A DNA stretch of 63,647 bases, counting the filler, from Craspedostauros australis (Eukaryota), in NCBI GenBank assembly GCA_030167865.1. It is 7 parts of 7 records of this genome, joined end to end, with 100 filler letters (N's around TTAATTAATTAA, not from the genome) between each part and the next. Parts side by side here need not be neighbours in the genome. Positions count along the whole stretch, not along the records: positions 1 to 29,645 come from JALAGF010006583.1; positions 29,746 to 38,240 come from JALAGF010006589.1; 5 more parts are not named here. The stretch is one strand, 5' to 3'. The notes under the pieces were generated by a model that was given only the letters and a program-made list of their open reading frames with translations, was not told the DNA's origin and did no database searches. Position numbers and translations under genes: made by a program. The first letter of the stretch is position 1; every line of letters begins with the position of its first letter. Of this stretch, positions 24,351 through 36,698 are shown one piece after another.

Positions 24351-26920
24351 ATGACGTCCGCTGGCCAAAGAAACACGGAGATATGGTCCACACGGCTGCA
24401 GAGGGAGCTGCTGGCTCTCACTTCTGACAACGCCCCGGAGGACACCAAGGAAGCTGTGCAGACTGTGTTGCCACCATTCATTACTGTCAAAGAGCACGTG
24501 TTGAATATTGAGGGCGGCGTGTGTTTGGTTTCGTTTCTCGTCGACTTGCCACCGGCAAAGTCATCATCGAAAGCAAAAGGAGAGGATGACGAGAGCAAGG
24601 ATGCTGCTGCTGCGGCTGGAGACGACAAGCAAGAGGCAAAGGCAGACTCTGGCGCAGACATCATCATCGTGCAGTTAGATGCGTCGTTGCAAAAGAAGGA
24701 GGACGGAACCATAGATTCCATCGCCATCGCGTATCCGTTCCTCAAGCCAGTCGCAGTGCTCAAGTCAGGAGCCAGCGCTCTGTCCGAATCGTCGACCATC
24801 AAGAACGGTGACCTGTTGGACATTGAGATGGACTGGACTCCCAGTCTGCACTTGACGGACGCCATTTTAAACATCGGCTTGAAGATCAAGGAGTGCATCC
24901 TTCAGGGCGAGCCATTCCACGCGGCTGAAAGCAAGGGAAAGCAGGCCTCCGTCGATGACATGATGAACAAGGCCAAGAAGTTCGGCTCCTCGCTCGCGGG
25001 TGGTCTTCGTGGACTCACCGGAAAGTCCAGCTCCGGCAAGGGCGACTCCAAAAAGTCCAAGAAGGGACTCCGGCTGGGCAAAAAGAAAAAGAAGGAAGAC
25101 AAGCAGCAGGCAGGCAAAGACAAGGAGAAGAATAAGGACGATGGCAAGGAGAAGGAAAAGGAGAAGAAATCCGTCCCAGGCGAGATCCGCATCGGAGACG
25201 AGATCAACATGCTTGAGGCACCGTGGGTGGATTGTCAGGGAGTTTATTCTTGCAAGGCCATTCGACGCCCGGCCTTCGTGGAGGATGCCATGGCAGTCGC
25301 GGCTCAGACCACAGAGGGAGAACAGGTGAGCATCGTCAACGCTAACAGCAACGCCGCCGCGAGCAGCAGCAGACCTACCGTGTTCGATGAGGACCATGGT
25401 GATGTCCCCGACACGTTCAAGGACTACATGCAGGTGCAGGCAGGATCCATCGGCCAGGTGTGTGTCCTTGTCATCGCATTGTGTCTTCCTCCTGTGCAAC
25501 ATACCGCGTCGTCTTGCCATACCATGTCATGTCACGCCGCAATACAACGTCTGGCTCAGCTCAGCTCTGCGTGGAGTGGAGTGGAGTGGTACCGAATCAA
25601 TTCGCATGATCTTCGAAGCTGTCGGTGCATTCCTTCCTTGTTTACGTGTGCGTCGCATTGGCATCTGTTCTACATGACAGCTTCGCAAATGGGCCATGGT
25701 GTCTCATTTGCGGGGCTTGATGCGGTGCACAAAAGTGGGCAGCGGAATATACGCAGTGGAACTGAATGATGCACATTCACATACGCCATGCATGTCCAAT
25801 TTGCCACACTTCTCGGTGCGAATCTCTTTGCAACTCTCAATTGAACAAGCATTCGATCTAACCATTGCATTTCAAATATTCTTTGCCTCTCTCTTACCAT
25901 ATTCTCGGTTTGGTCTGGTCTGGTCTCATCTACGACACCCGTACCGTTGGATTGGAACACTGCACGACCGTATCATACGAGCAGGTTGCCAATGCTGGCC
26001 TTGCCGGCGCAGGAGCCATGTTCCGAACCTTCACGCAATCTGCGCGCAGCGTCTTGGAGGAGTCTTTCCTGATGATCACCGAAACCCACATCATCGAGAT
26101 GCGCTCGAACAAACTGAACCTGAGCACGGGAACAGTCACTTTCGCGATCCCAATCGAGATGCTGGCCAAGCTGAAGTTCAGACGACAAGAATCTATCTCG
26201 CTCTTCTTCAAACCAGCCCCCGATGACCCTCTGATCTACATGTGCCCAGACAGTGCCGATGCCGTTCACCAGATCCAATCAGTCCTCAAGCGACACGGCG
26301 TGAAGGGCAAGCACACGAACGCAGCAACCCACAGAGCCATCAACCAGGCCTTGCATTTGGTGCAAGAAATCCAAACCAAGGAGCTTGCCCTGAAGCACGA
26401 CCCATCCGTGGAGCGCGTCAACGAGATCATGGATCTGTATCGACAGGCCGCCGAACGATTCGAGGTTGCTGGTGATGTCAGACACGAGGAAGTTGTGACC
26501 CACATGAGGAAGTTCCTGGCCCTCCCGCTCACCGTCAGCATCCTGGATGGAAGCTACAAGAAGCCCGATGCTTACGAGCAAGTCGGAAACGAAGGAGAGG
26601 GCGTCGTGCTGGAGCGCAACGAAAGCGCCATGGAGGAAGAGGACGCACCAGCCGCGCCTGAGAAGGCCCGAGCGAACACCGATGACCGAGTCTTCGAAAA
26701 CAACATGGATGACATCCTGAAGGAGGCCGAACAGGATTTCGCCAACATGAAGATGGAGGATGATCCAGAGCTCGATGCCATGCTGGAGACTTCCGGAATC
26801 AACATCAATGCTGAAGAGGAGGACGATGACCTCGGTCTTGGCGCTGATGATGCCATCGCTGACTTCGAGAACATGCTGAAGGAGGCAGATGACGAACTCG
26901 CACAGCTCATGGCATCGTAA
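24351..26920 (+). CDS. Hypothetical protein: UBC/RWD-like domain, Lys-rich linker, PH-like domain, helical bundle, acidic tail; exon 1 ends at 25457 (or 25325), exon 2 is 25985-26920
   Basis: STRLQRELLAL..YPFLKP..DWTPSLHLTDAIL gives E2-fold landmarks without a Cys. ESFLMITETHIIEM..IPIEMLAKLKF..SLFFK is PH-like. Phase-0 intron to GAGCAG|GTT. The start codon is uncertain (24288-24351). Confidence 0.75.
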
Positions 26921-27870
26921 TGTTCTGACTCTGGCTCTCGCTGTCCTGCAAACGCACCCAAGACAACAAACTCAATCACAAACACAAACACAAAACAGTA
27001 GTACATTGGTTTCGCCGTGGAACGTTTCAGGAACTTGTGCCTGTAGGATACGCAAAGCTACGAGTATGTTGCACAAAGTTGCTACTATACGTACGAGGTG
27101 CAAATCGTAGTTGATGCACCAACGATAACACTAGTTGTGGAGTTTTGGCCCCTTGTTGCCACTGGTTTGCTTGCTTTTGGGAGAAATGGCGATTGGATAT
27201 TTAAAGCTATTTCGTGTTTGCTCTCGCTGATCCGTCTTCTACGTCACAGGGAACGGATTCCACGTCATGAAAAACGAGTCACAACAGAGGAAGAGACATC
27301 GTGTGACTCTTCCTCCAAAAGACAACGTGATGACTGCGCGCGGCAACAACAGAATGTGCCATGCCAGGACAGCCAACAACACTCCACGTTGACCAGTCTC
27401 ACAATGGAAACNNNNNNNNNNNNNNNNNNNNNNNNNNNNNNNNNNNNNNNNNNNNNNNNNNNNNNNNNNNNNNNNNNNNNNNNNNNNNNNNNNNNNNCAG
27501 TGCTTCGCCAATCACCACGACATCGTCTTCACCTTGGCTGCCAATCCTGTGAATGATGCATGCACAGCTCAGCCAATCCACATTCTTGCCACTGTTGCTG
27601 TTTCCATTTTTCTTCTCCAATAACATGCGGTGCGCACATGATCAACGTGGTACGGTATGCATCCTGCGCAACCGTGCAGCACGATCCTCCTGCAAGAACG
27701 CCAAGGCGCAAGGGACGACATCAACACAACCNNNNNNNNNNNNNNNNNNNNNNNNNNNNNNNNNNNNNNNNNNNNNNNNNNNNNNNNNNNNNNNNNNNNN
27801 NNNNNNNNNNNNNNNNNNNNNNNNNNNNNNNNNNNNNNNNNNCCAAGCAAAGATCACGTGGAAACCGAAG

Positions 27871-29645
27871 ATGCTCAACTTCAAGGCAGCGACCATCACG
27901 GCGATCTTGCTCGCCGAATGCAAGACAATCGATGCCATCCTTTGCGGCCATAGATTGGTTGACCCAACCGACGAACTTCATGTTGCAATGCAGGCAACCA
28001 GACTGCTGAAGGGCGACGGCGGTTTCATCCCAAAGAACTTCAAGGGTAACAAACAGACGGGAGCACCGTCCAACAATCCGAGCAGCAATCCCAGTGTGGC
28101 ACCAACCAGTTCGCCTACCAGCTCTCCTACATTGGCATCAACTGCATTGGCCGGAATAATGACAACAACACCGACTTCTACACCAACCTTGCCACCAACT
28201 GGGGCACCAACTTCAAGGTCAACTGGGCGGCCAGTTGCCTCGGCGACCAGCAATCCAACCTTGAGGCCTACCTCATCACCGACCGACCAGCCAACAGGCA
28301 GAGCAACCAGCATGCCGATGCGAGATCCAACTTCCATGCCAACATCGGGGCCTACATCTGCACCAACGACCATCTCGTTTGCATTTGATTCCAGCATCTC
28401 CGTGGCCTGCAAGCCAGATGTTGCGCCGCCATGCTTTCCGCCAGAGGTATCCGAGCCGAAGACCATCATCTGCAATCCATCCAAGACATCGTGCCGCGAG
28501 GTTGTCAATGCTGTTCGAAGCACACCAGGATTGCAGAATTACTTCGCATGCGCTGGCCTCTTGACCAAGGGGGATGCGCACAAGCTATTCAACCGATATG
28601 CATCCAACCCCTTGCTAGCTGAGGAGCTGACGCTATTGTCCGCCGCCGGCACCACTCTGCTCACAGCTCTCGGTGGCGAGGACATCTACTACGCGTGCCA
28701 GGACGCCGGGGCTCCATGCTATGCAGAGGAGTATCACTGTACCAGCGCCGACGGTTACAGTTTCATGACCATTGCCACCACTGCCTGCATTGGGTCTGGA
28801 TCTTGCGACAGGATGGGACTAAACCCATTGGTCCTGGATTCATCCTGTACCAGCAAAGGGGCATGCGCCGGCATGAACTCTCTTTATGTTTCCGATTGCT
28901 ATGGTCCTCACCCAACGTACGGTGTCACCTTCATTGGTCAACTGGCCTGCACTGATTATCTTTCCTGCACCGTCGCTGATGAATATTCCTACGGAGACGT
29001 CATCATACAAAGTGGCGCCTGCGTTGGACCCTACGCCTGTGCGGGCGATGGCTACCACGTTGAACAGTACAGGCCCAGCCGTTCCCAGAGCCACGTCAGA
29101 ATTGGGTTCAATGCATGCCTTGGTGAGTTTGCATGCACCGGAGCNCATGCGAGCTTTTACTACGACTGCACATGCACACCGTCNCCGTCAGCTGGGAAGA
29201 TTCAGGGCAGCTTGATCATCAGCGACAATGCCTGCGCCGCAGCCTACGCTTGCGCAGGATTGGGATTCGGTGACTCGATGACGACTGACATCATTGTGCC
29301 AGAATATGGATGTGACAGCAGCGGCGCGTGCTACGAATGCATGACAAATACCAACTGCAACAGCGACGAAGTCTTCATTATCTACGATGCTGCCGTCGCC
29401 TGCCCCAAAGACGTNGATGGNNANNNAANNNGNGAAAAGGGTCGATCAATTCTGCATCAACAAAGACCAACGCCCAACAGATTGCCCAACTTTCGCCCCC
29501 TTCTCCGCTGACAAGCGATACCCCAATGATGATTCCGACAGAGCAGCCATCCGATCTGTCAACTTCTGTCCCAACAAGCCCCCCGACCATCAACAAGACC
29601 ACCCTGCAGACCCTTTGCTTGAATGAGGCTGGGGAGGTTGCTGCG
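27871..29645 (+). CDS. Secreted mucin-like protein with PT/PS repeats and Cys-x5-Cys repeats; 3'-partial, frame unclear across Ns near 29421-29432
   Basis: Hydrophobic N-terminus, RXL sites (HRL, TRLLK), repeats PSSNPS/PTSSPT/PTSAPT, then seven CxxxxxC units (ACIGSGSC, SCTSKGAC, ACTDYLSC, ACVGPYAC, ACLGEFAC, ACAAAYAC, GCDSSGAC). PT-rich sequence resumes in another frame after the Ns. Confidence 0.75.
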
Positions 29646-29689
29646 NNNNNNNNNNNNNNNNNNNNNNNNNNNNNNNNNNNNNNNNNNNN

Positions 29690-29701
29690 TTAATTAATTA
29701 A
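29690..29701. other. Artificial contig linker TTAATTAATTAA (six-frame stop) inside Ns; also at 38285-38296, 43625-43636, 48227-48238, 54363-54374, 59656-59667
   Basis: The same 12-mer sits in the centre of ~100-nt N blocks six times. Confidence 0.95.
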
Positions 29702-29745
29702 NNNNNNNNNNNNNNNNNNNNNNNNNNNNNNNNNNNNNNNNNNNN

Positions 29746-31485
29746 GGTGACTAAGCCATAATCGACGACCAACCGACGCATGATGGAACCGCCCAGGTCA
29801 CCCTTGAAGCGTTGGAAGGTGATCCCGTAATCCATGTTGTTCAGTTGTTTATCGGAGAGCTTTTCACTGAAATCTTTATCCTGTTGGAAAAGAAGAACTG
29901 CCAAAGCCTGGGATGCTGTGAGCCGCGCAAGGTACGGATTGTTCACCAGAGTACTCATGCCATTGCTTTTCATGAAGACTTTGAAGGTTTTGGAAAGGAT
30001 GGCATTCTGCTCGTATTCATTCTCACTTGACTTCTTTCCCTGGTCTCGGTTGATGTTTTCTTGCCTTTTTGACGCCCGCATGTAGATTGAGATCATCCGC
30101 GCGTTGGAATCAACGATGGCCTTGAGAAGAGGGGAATGCTCAAGCTCTTTGTACTCCGGTATGATGGTATTCTTTTCGTCTTTCACGTATTCGCTGCGAA
30201 GAATGTGGTAGACGTCTGCGGCATTCACCTTTGCAGAAGTATCGAGGTGAGTGAAGTTCTTGTGGTTTGATCCCACCCGTGTTTGGTCGGCACCGGTGCC
30301 TGCCACAGAGAATAGGACTTTGATGTCAATGTGGTTGAGAACACAGGGGAGTGTGTCTGCATTTGAGGAGCCTTGTGATGCTCCCACTGCAGAGGGACCG
30401 GCTTGGTTCGTGGCCTTTTCGGCGCATATGTCCCGGATGAACCCCCCCAGATCCGTTCCAAAGTCATTGTAGCTGTCGATGATGGCCCGGACGAAGTTTG
30501 GGGACTTGCTTGCTTCGTCAATCCCAACGACGATGAGCAGTGTGGTTTTCTCTTGCATCTTACCATCCAACATTTGCAGGAAGTCGCCAAGCCTGCCGAG
30601 ACTTGTTTTGTCTTCCGTGAGGACCGATTCGACTTGATGTGCGAGCTTCTTCCAGGAGTTGATCTTTCGGTCGTTCTTGACTTCATCATCATCCGGTGAA
30701 TCGAGAAGTTGCACATCGGTAGTGTTGAGCATGATGGTGAACAGAGCGTCTCTGGTGTATGCGCTCGCCGCAAGCTCCACGGTCTTGCCGCTACCACTCT
30801 CTTCGTAGTACACATGAACCAGGTTGGACGTGTCGATGTCTGGTGGGGTCGGCGCCGCAATGAAGACTTTGTCGGGGACCACGTCGTCGGTTCCTCCATG
30901 TCGAAAGTTGGGCTTGCCGATGTAGTGTGCGAAGCCATTAGCTTCTTTGCCGGTGGTGTCCGAGGTGTACTTCAGACCACGAAAGCCCTTGGGGTCTTTA
31001 CCGCGGATCTTCGTCAACAGGTCGAGAACTGATTGGCGTGGGTTCGCGCCATCGACGAGTTTGTGATCGTCGTTGGGTGTCCACACAGCGTTGCGGATGC
31101 ACTCGGGGATGTCTTGATGGAGAAACCGAGATGAGAGCCATCGTTTGGTCAAGGTTCCAGCAATACGTGCGGAGGAGACCTTTTGTTCCAAACTTTGGAT
31201 GTCGCCACTCTTGTCGGCATGGTTGAGAATGCGGTTCCTGCAAAGTTTTTCTACCGAAAGTTGGACTTCCACTTCCTCCTCAACATCCTCATCCGACAAA
31301 TGCGGTTTGTCCTTTCGCGCTTTTGCCTCCAGAAGTTGCTTCAAGTCGTCGGGTAGTTCGTCCGACTTGTTGGCCCAGAACTCCTTTTTGTTGAAGATTG
31401 AGTCGAGATCGATAAGCGTTGCTTGATCATCTTCAGCCGTTGGCGCTTGAGAGTCGGCGACTGCCATCAGCGTGTCGTCGCTCAT
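29746..31485 (-). CDS. P-loop NTPase protein, Crinkler/RHS (CR-NTPase)-like; 3'-truncated by a gap, at least 580 aa
   Basis: Uninterrupted ORF with Walker A HVYYEESGSGKT, Walker B LIVVGIDEA, a following strand ending VLFSVAGTG, and a later NAR motif. Confidence 0.7.
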
Positions 31486-31794
31486 CTTGCTGTTGACAGC
31501 CGTTCGGCAGAAGTGATTGGGGCGAAAGGGCAACAGCAACAAGAAAGCGTGGAGTTCTGGTGTTGGTGTGAGTGATATTATGAGTGTTGGTGTCATCAAT
31601 AGCAACAACAATACTTGATGCTGCTCACCTTGTCTTGTCTTGTCCTGCCTTCGTGAGGACTCCAGTCAGGCTCCGTTCAGCGTTGATTCCTTCGGTTGCC
31701 TTCGAACAGTGTTGGATCGTGTGCTGTTGTATGCTATCGAGTTGTGCGGTGGCAGCAGCCCTGTTCGCTGCCTGCGATGAATCCGTCTGTGTAC

Positions 31795-31827
31795 GAGTCT
31801 GTGTCTGTGTCTGTGTCTGTGTCTGTG
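31795..31827. repeat. (GTGTCT)n microsatellite
   Basis: gagtctgtgtctgtgtctgtgtctgtgtctgtg. Confidence 0.9.
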
Positions 31828-33879
31828 TGCGTGTTTTGTCTCAACGGCTCCGCTAGTGCTCCTCGACCAACCAACACCACTACGGGGACTGTGTGGTCTG
31901 GAGAAGGCGTGGGTGGTTCTGAAGGTTGAGTGCTGTGGGTAGGGGATGTCGTTGTTGATGCGGATGATGATGATGACGATGGCTGCGCTCTCTTGGATGC
32001 GTTTGCGAGTGCAGAACAAGGAAGGTCCCAAAAGAGTGATTTACGGGCACGTTCACAGCAGCGCCTTGTTGTTCTTGGTCTCCTCGACTTCGTGTCTGTT
32101 TGAATCCGTGTGTGCGTCTTTGTGCTGTGCCAAACACACGCAGAAGTCTCGCACAACACTCGGGTTTTGCTGCACTATCTCTTTTTCAGTGGTGTCTTCC
32201 CCCTTGTTGTTGTGGTGGTGGCAATTCTTACCCATTTTCGGCGGCGCGGGTTTCGGGTTTCGAAGTCCTTCGATGCGAACAGAAGCCCACGTACAACGAT
32301 AGTCATTCTGTGTGCTGTCAGAACAAGTTTTGGGGCTGTCTGTGTCACAGTCTGGCCTTTGTCCGTCTGCGTGCACAGACAATCGCGTCACACTGTGACA
32401 ACTACCACATTTGAGGGGTTCGAGTGGCCACAGAATTTGGGTACTGCGACACGCAGCCCCGAAAAAACGTTGAAACACGACTTCAAGTGCACCGACTACC
32501 ATGGCTAAGAAATTCGAACCACTGAATGTGCAGATTTAGTGCCAATTCACGAATCTGGCCGAATCCGAACGATGAGTGTCGATGGACAGACGATACCGCA
32601 CAAACCACGAGTAGAGCGACGGCGAGGTTCGACTCAATCGACTGTAGCTTTCTTTGTTGAATAAGACCCGCCTGAGCGAAAATAGTACACCAAAGTCGGC
32701 GTCGCATCTGCGATCCTGCTGTAACTTTTTTGAGGTCTTACCATATATTTCCTGTAGATGTATATAGAAGAAATACATTCTTAAGACTTATATTGGATGG
32801 GTTAGGAGGTCATGAAGGTACTTATTCTGTCGTGTTGTATCGTGCATTAGATTCAGTTTTTGGGATGCGACATGGATGCGACTCATCACTGACTCCAAAT
32901 TTGATGTTGGCGAGCGGCGAAAATGTTCGTTTTTCCTCTCTCAGACGGACTCACAGCAAGGCACTCGAAGCTGAACTCAGACGTGTCTACAGTCGTGCGA
33001 ATGGATCAACATTTCGACTGTTTTTGGCCCCAATTGATTGCACGCAGTTTCTCACGGTGGACTTGGAACAGGTGTGGAGGAGCAAAACTGCATCAGAATG
33101 CGATGGAACGTACGCGCACTGCGCCGTACCATACGACATTAGGATGGGATGAAGGTGCAGAGCTATCAGCATATTCCACCAGGTATAGTGGGATGCTACT
33201 TTTGCCTTTGCTGATGCTGGTAGTACTTCGTGAGCGCGGGAACTGTGATCACCGCCGGGTTCGTCGCACCATGATCTCGCGCGTTCCACGTGTGGTCTCT
33301 CATTTCATACAAGGGGCACGAGACTCTGTGACAAGATAGGTACAGGAGGATAAGGTTCCCGTTCTGCGAATCAAAGTTGACCGGTGGAAACTACGGCACA
33401 TTCCTGATGTACGCTGCTGTGCTCTTCTCGAGTTGCTGAGTTGCCGAGTTGCCGTTCGTTGCGCCTCTCCTGGAGGATTTCGGAGTCTTGTTGTTGTTGT
33501 GGTAGTTTGTGAGTTCATTTTGCTCTTTTCTTGATCACGTTTCATTCCTTTTCCTGGTTCTGTTCCATGTCGCACCCAAAGAATCGAGGAAATTCACGAA
33601 CCAGCCCTTTTGAGGTGCCAATTTCCACCAACCAGCCTGTTTTGTGTTGCTTACCGACTCAAACCGTCAAAATGTCCATGCGACATCTCATGGACACAGA
33701 GGGTTCGCGTCTGCTTGTGAGGCTAGTATATAAATATAGACTACCAATACCACACATGAAAAGTACAAGCCACAGCATATATGTTTGTTTTACTCGTAAT
33801 ACTATGCCATTAATTAGTCCACAAGAATGAATAGCATCTAATGAAGGGAATCAATGCTGGTTTTAGTCATAGATAAGCA

Positions 33880-34462
33880 TGTTGGAAGGCTCCGCGCATG
33901 GAGAATCGGTAGTAGTCAACACTCTTTGTCGAAAGTGTTTCTGTTACTGTTACTATTGTTGCTATTGATTGTTGATGAGCGAGCATGGGGAATGAGATGA
34001 TCAAGATGCTCTCTTGATCCATCTCTTCCTTGCTCTCATTNNNNNNNNNNNNNNNNNNNNNNNNNNNNNNNNNNNNNNNNNNNNNNNNNNNNNNNNNNNN
34101 NNNNNNNNNNNNNNNNNNNNNNNNNNNNNNNNNNNNNNNNNNNNNNNNNNNNNNNNNNNNNNNNNNNNNNNNNNNNNNNNNNNNNNNNNNNNNNNNNNNN
34201 NNNNNNNNNNCTGATGATTGATCGAATCTGATGGAATATTCACAACATATTTCATTCCTGTAGACCTGGTAGTTAAGGTCTCGATGTGACGTCATGTGTG
34301 GTGGATACTGTGGTATCCGCTGGTATCGCGGTATCCTCGTGGTATCACGGTGGTATTCCTGTGACGTCATAGTTTTGGGTCGTGATTCCGCCACCAAATA
34401 TTCTGGATGATGGCGCGCAAGTGTGACTGATGCATACACATCCGAGTACACACATTTCGACA
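33880..34462 (-). mobile_element. 3' LTR of a Ty1/copia element (contains a 190-N gap)
   Basis: On the minus strand it starts TGTCGAAA directly after the polypurine tract AGGAAGGG (34470-34463) and ends TTCCAACA at 33880, giving imperfect TG...CA inverted ends. Confidence 0.7.
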
Positions 34463-34481
34463 CCCTTCCTGTAGGCGTCAG

Positions 34482-34654
34482 TCATTCGCTGCTGTCGCCA
34501 GTGTGTAGGTAGGACTTCTCGTGCTCGCGCTGTAGCTCTGACTTGATGTTCTTCGTGAAGCCGTCGCTTCGGTTGTTCTCTGATTTGACGAAGATGATTT
34601 CGATCAGCTTGTCATTCACCATGTTGCGGACGTAGTGATGGCGTACGTCGATAT
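34482..34654 (-). pseudogene. C-terminal RNase H fragment of a Ty1/copia Pol, cut off by a DNA-transposon end
   Basis: IDVRHHYVRNMVNDKLIEIIFVKSENNRSDGFTKN matches the copia KHIDIRYHFIR...ADxFTK motif, followed by PPT and LTR. Confidence 0.85.
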
Positions 34655-34655
34655 C

Positions 34656-34760
34656 CACGGAGAATTTTTTTGCGTCAGGGTGCAAAAACGCCCATTTTTT
34701 GCATCCTGACGCAAGTCACCCACAGATTCTCAATTTGTTGCGTCAGGGTGCAAGAAATAA
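34656..34760. mobile_element. Putative DNA-transposon terminus (CACGG...) with subterminal repeats
   Basis: Begins where copia homology stops. TTGCGTCAGGRTGCAA occurs three times (direct ~34670, inverted ~34699-34714, direct ~34738). Confidence 0.55.
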
Positions 34761-35532
34761 ACTCAACGCGGAGAATTAACACGGAGCGAAACATGTTCTG
34801 ACTCACTCGAATACTCGTCGAAAAAATCGTTCAATATCGTAATTTGTCTCCTGTGCTTTTGGACAAATACTGTGTGTTTTACCGTGTTGTTTTGTGCTGA
34901 TGGATGCAAATCTTATCTGCGCTCCACATCCAGCAACAATAGTATCGAAGCAACTCTCTGATTGCTGCAATGACTACATTGGTGATGTCATGTGTTGTAA
35001 ATTGAATTCTTCGCCGCTTGCATACTCTCCTGCTTGTGTAGAGGAAGAAAGGAGCCAGATGAGTTAATATGGGGCTCCGTCATCCTCCTTCCTGCTGTGA
35101 ACCTACCACTCTCCTTGCGAGCTTTGCTGCCTATTTTCGCTCCTTCTCAGTTCAAAGAGTGTTTTCAGTCACCCGTCAGCTCCGTGTTATCTGTAGAGCT
35201 GGTTGGGGCACATAGTTCGTGCCTTTTGCACGACGATTCGCCTCTGTACATTGATCATCAACAATCTTGGTTTTTCATGCAAGTACAAGGCTCCCTTTCA
35301 TTCCATAATGTTGCATATAAAATGTAATGCTCCATCATTTGTCCTCACGCTTGTGCTTACCAGATTTGGGCATCCAACACTCGGCGCATCCCCACCGCAA
35401 GACAGGGTTTCAGGCAAGAGTTTGCACCAATGAAGGCATGGGTGTTCTTCCTGTGAGGAGTTCAATTCCAATACCACATGAGGCATAAAACCAATAGAAG
35501 CAGATGTTGTTTTCCAGTACATGTACCCGCAC

Positions 35533-36698
35533 CATCACATAGGAAAGCATGCATAGTGTGTCGCACGGAACGGTGTCCGGAGGTCGAGGATCACATGTGG
35601 TAGCATCGATGGGAAACTGGTGGGGGAGGCCATGACCAAGGTCCGAAGAGAGAGAGAGAGAGAGAGAGAAATGGAAGCAGCTGGAGGCAAAGCTGACACA
35701 CAGGCGCAATGAAGGGCGGCGAATAACCTCACTGACATACAACGGGTGCTCATGATGAAGATGTTAATGCAAGAGGCAGCAGTGGGTACGCGCGTGATGC
35801 GTTGGAAGGCATGGGGAATGAATAGCTGCCCAAGGTGTGGCGAACTGGAGAATCCTGATCACCTGTGCGTGTATCAGTCACCGTAGTTGACGGCTCTGTG
35901 GAAAGTGTAGCAACGAAGGCTGAGGAACATGATGCGGAAGATGGTGACACATCTGGCCATCACAAAGCATATGCTGCACAACGCCAAGCAGTTCATTCGA
36001 GGACTGGGGCCTGTCAGGCACATTCGAGCCAACAACACCGAAACTACATTGATGGATGGCCAGCAAGAGATCGGATGGAACCAGTTTGTGAAGGGTTGAT
36101 ATCACAACTTCATGGACGAGGATTCAGTTGAACAACTACGATCAAACGGGGCACAGGCTTTTGGCATCCAATTGGCGGCACAAGCTTTACGCAAGCTATG
36201 GAAAAAAGCGTGTGAGCACTGGCATCAATGCAACCAGGTGATGCACCACGGTGAGGAAGGTCTGGAGGCTGACATGAAGCAAGTGGTGAGAGAATATGGA
36301 GCGCGCTTACAGGAAGAAGCCTGACCCCAAGGAGCAAATACAGTGATGTGGGAAAGACTACAGATGACAGGAGAGGATGTCACAGATATTGGGACTGTAG
36401 CGATTTGGGTGGGACAGATGCACCGAGTGCTCTGTGTTCCTGACAAGCAAGTTCCAACCAAAGTACAGTAGCTGGGCCACCTGAATGAGTTCATTTCTGA
36501 TGATACATATGAACAACACGAATGCGGGGGTGGAGATAGGGTGCTGGAGACAGGCGTCGATTTCTGCTGTACCCATATTCATATCGGCTCGATAGCTGTT
36601 CTGCCTCGTGCCCAACACGAGATCAAAGCGAGCGGCGTAAAAGCACCTAAGATGCATTCTGTGCAACACTAATCAGCTTAATTCTTGAGTTATATATA
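35533..36698 (+). mobile_element. 5'-truncated, degenerate non-LTR retrotransposon (Ambal-like 3' end) with a 15-bp TSD
   Basis: TACATGTACCCGCAC at 35518-35532 and 36699-36713; (TA)n tail. Remnant ORF2 C-terminus AVGTRVMRWKAW..CPRCGELENPDH, QQEIGWNQFVKGLIS, LRKLWKKACEHWHQCNQVMH. Confidence 0.85.

Noticed and set aside
29690..29701. TTAA repeats as piggyBac or Sola3 target sites
   Set aside because: The same 12-mer is embedded in Ns six times; it is an assembly spacer.
32608..32640. tRNA or SINE head (AGTAGAGCG..GGTTCGACTC B-box-like)
   Set aside because: Spacing is too short for an anticodon arm and no acceptor stem can be formed.
32514..33705. MITE bounded by AACC../..GGTT, with a TGTCCATG/CATGGACA hairpin near 33673-33696
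   Set aside because: The two ends match over only a few bases and there is no convincing TSD.
35298..35517. RluA pseudouridine synthase remnant (IELLTGRT, minus strand)
   Set aside because: One short motif, stops nearby and no other family motifs.
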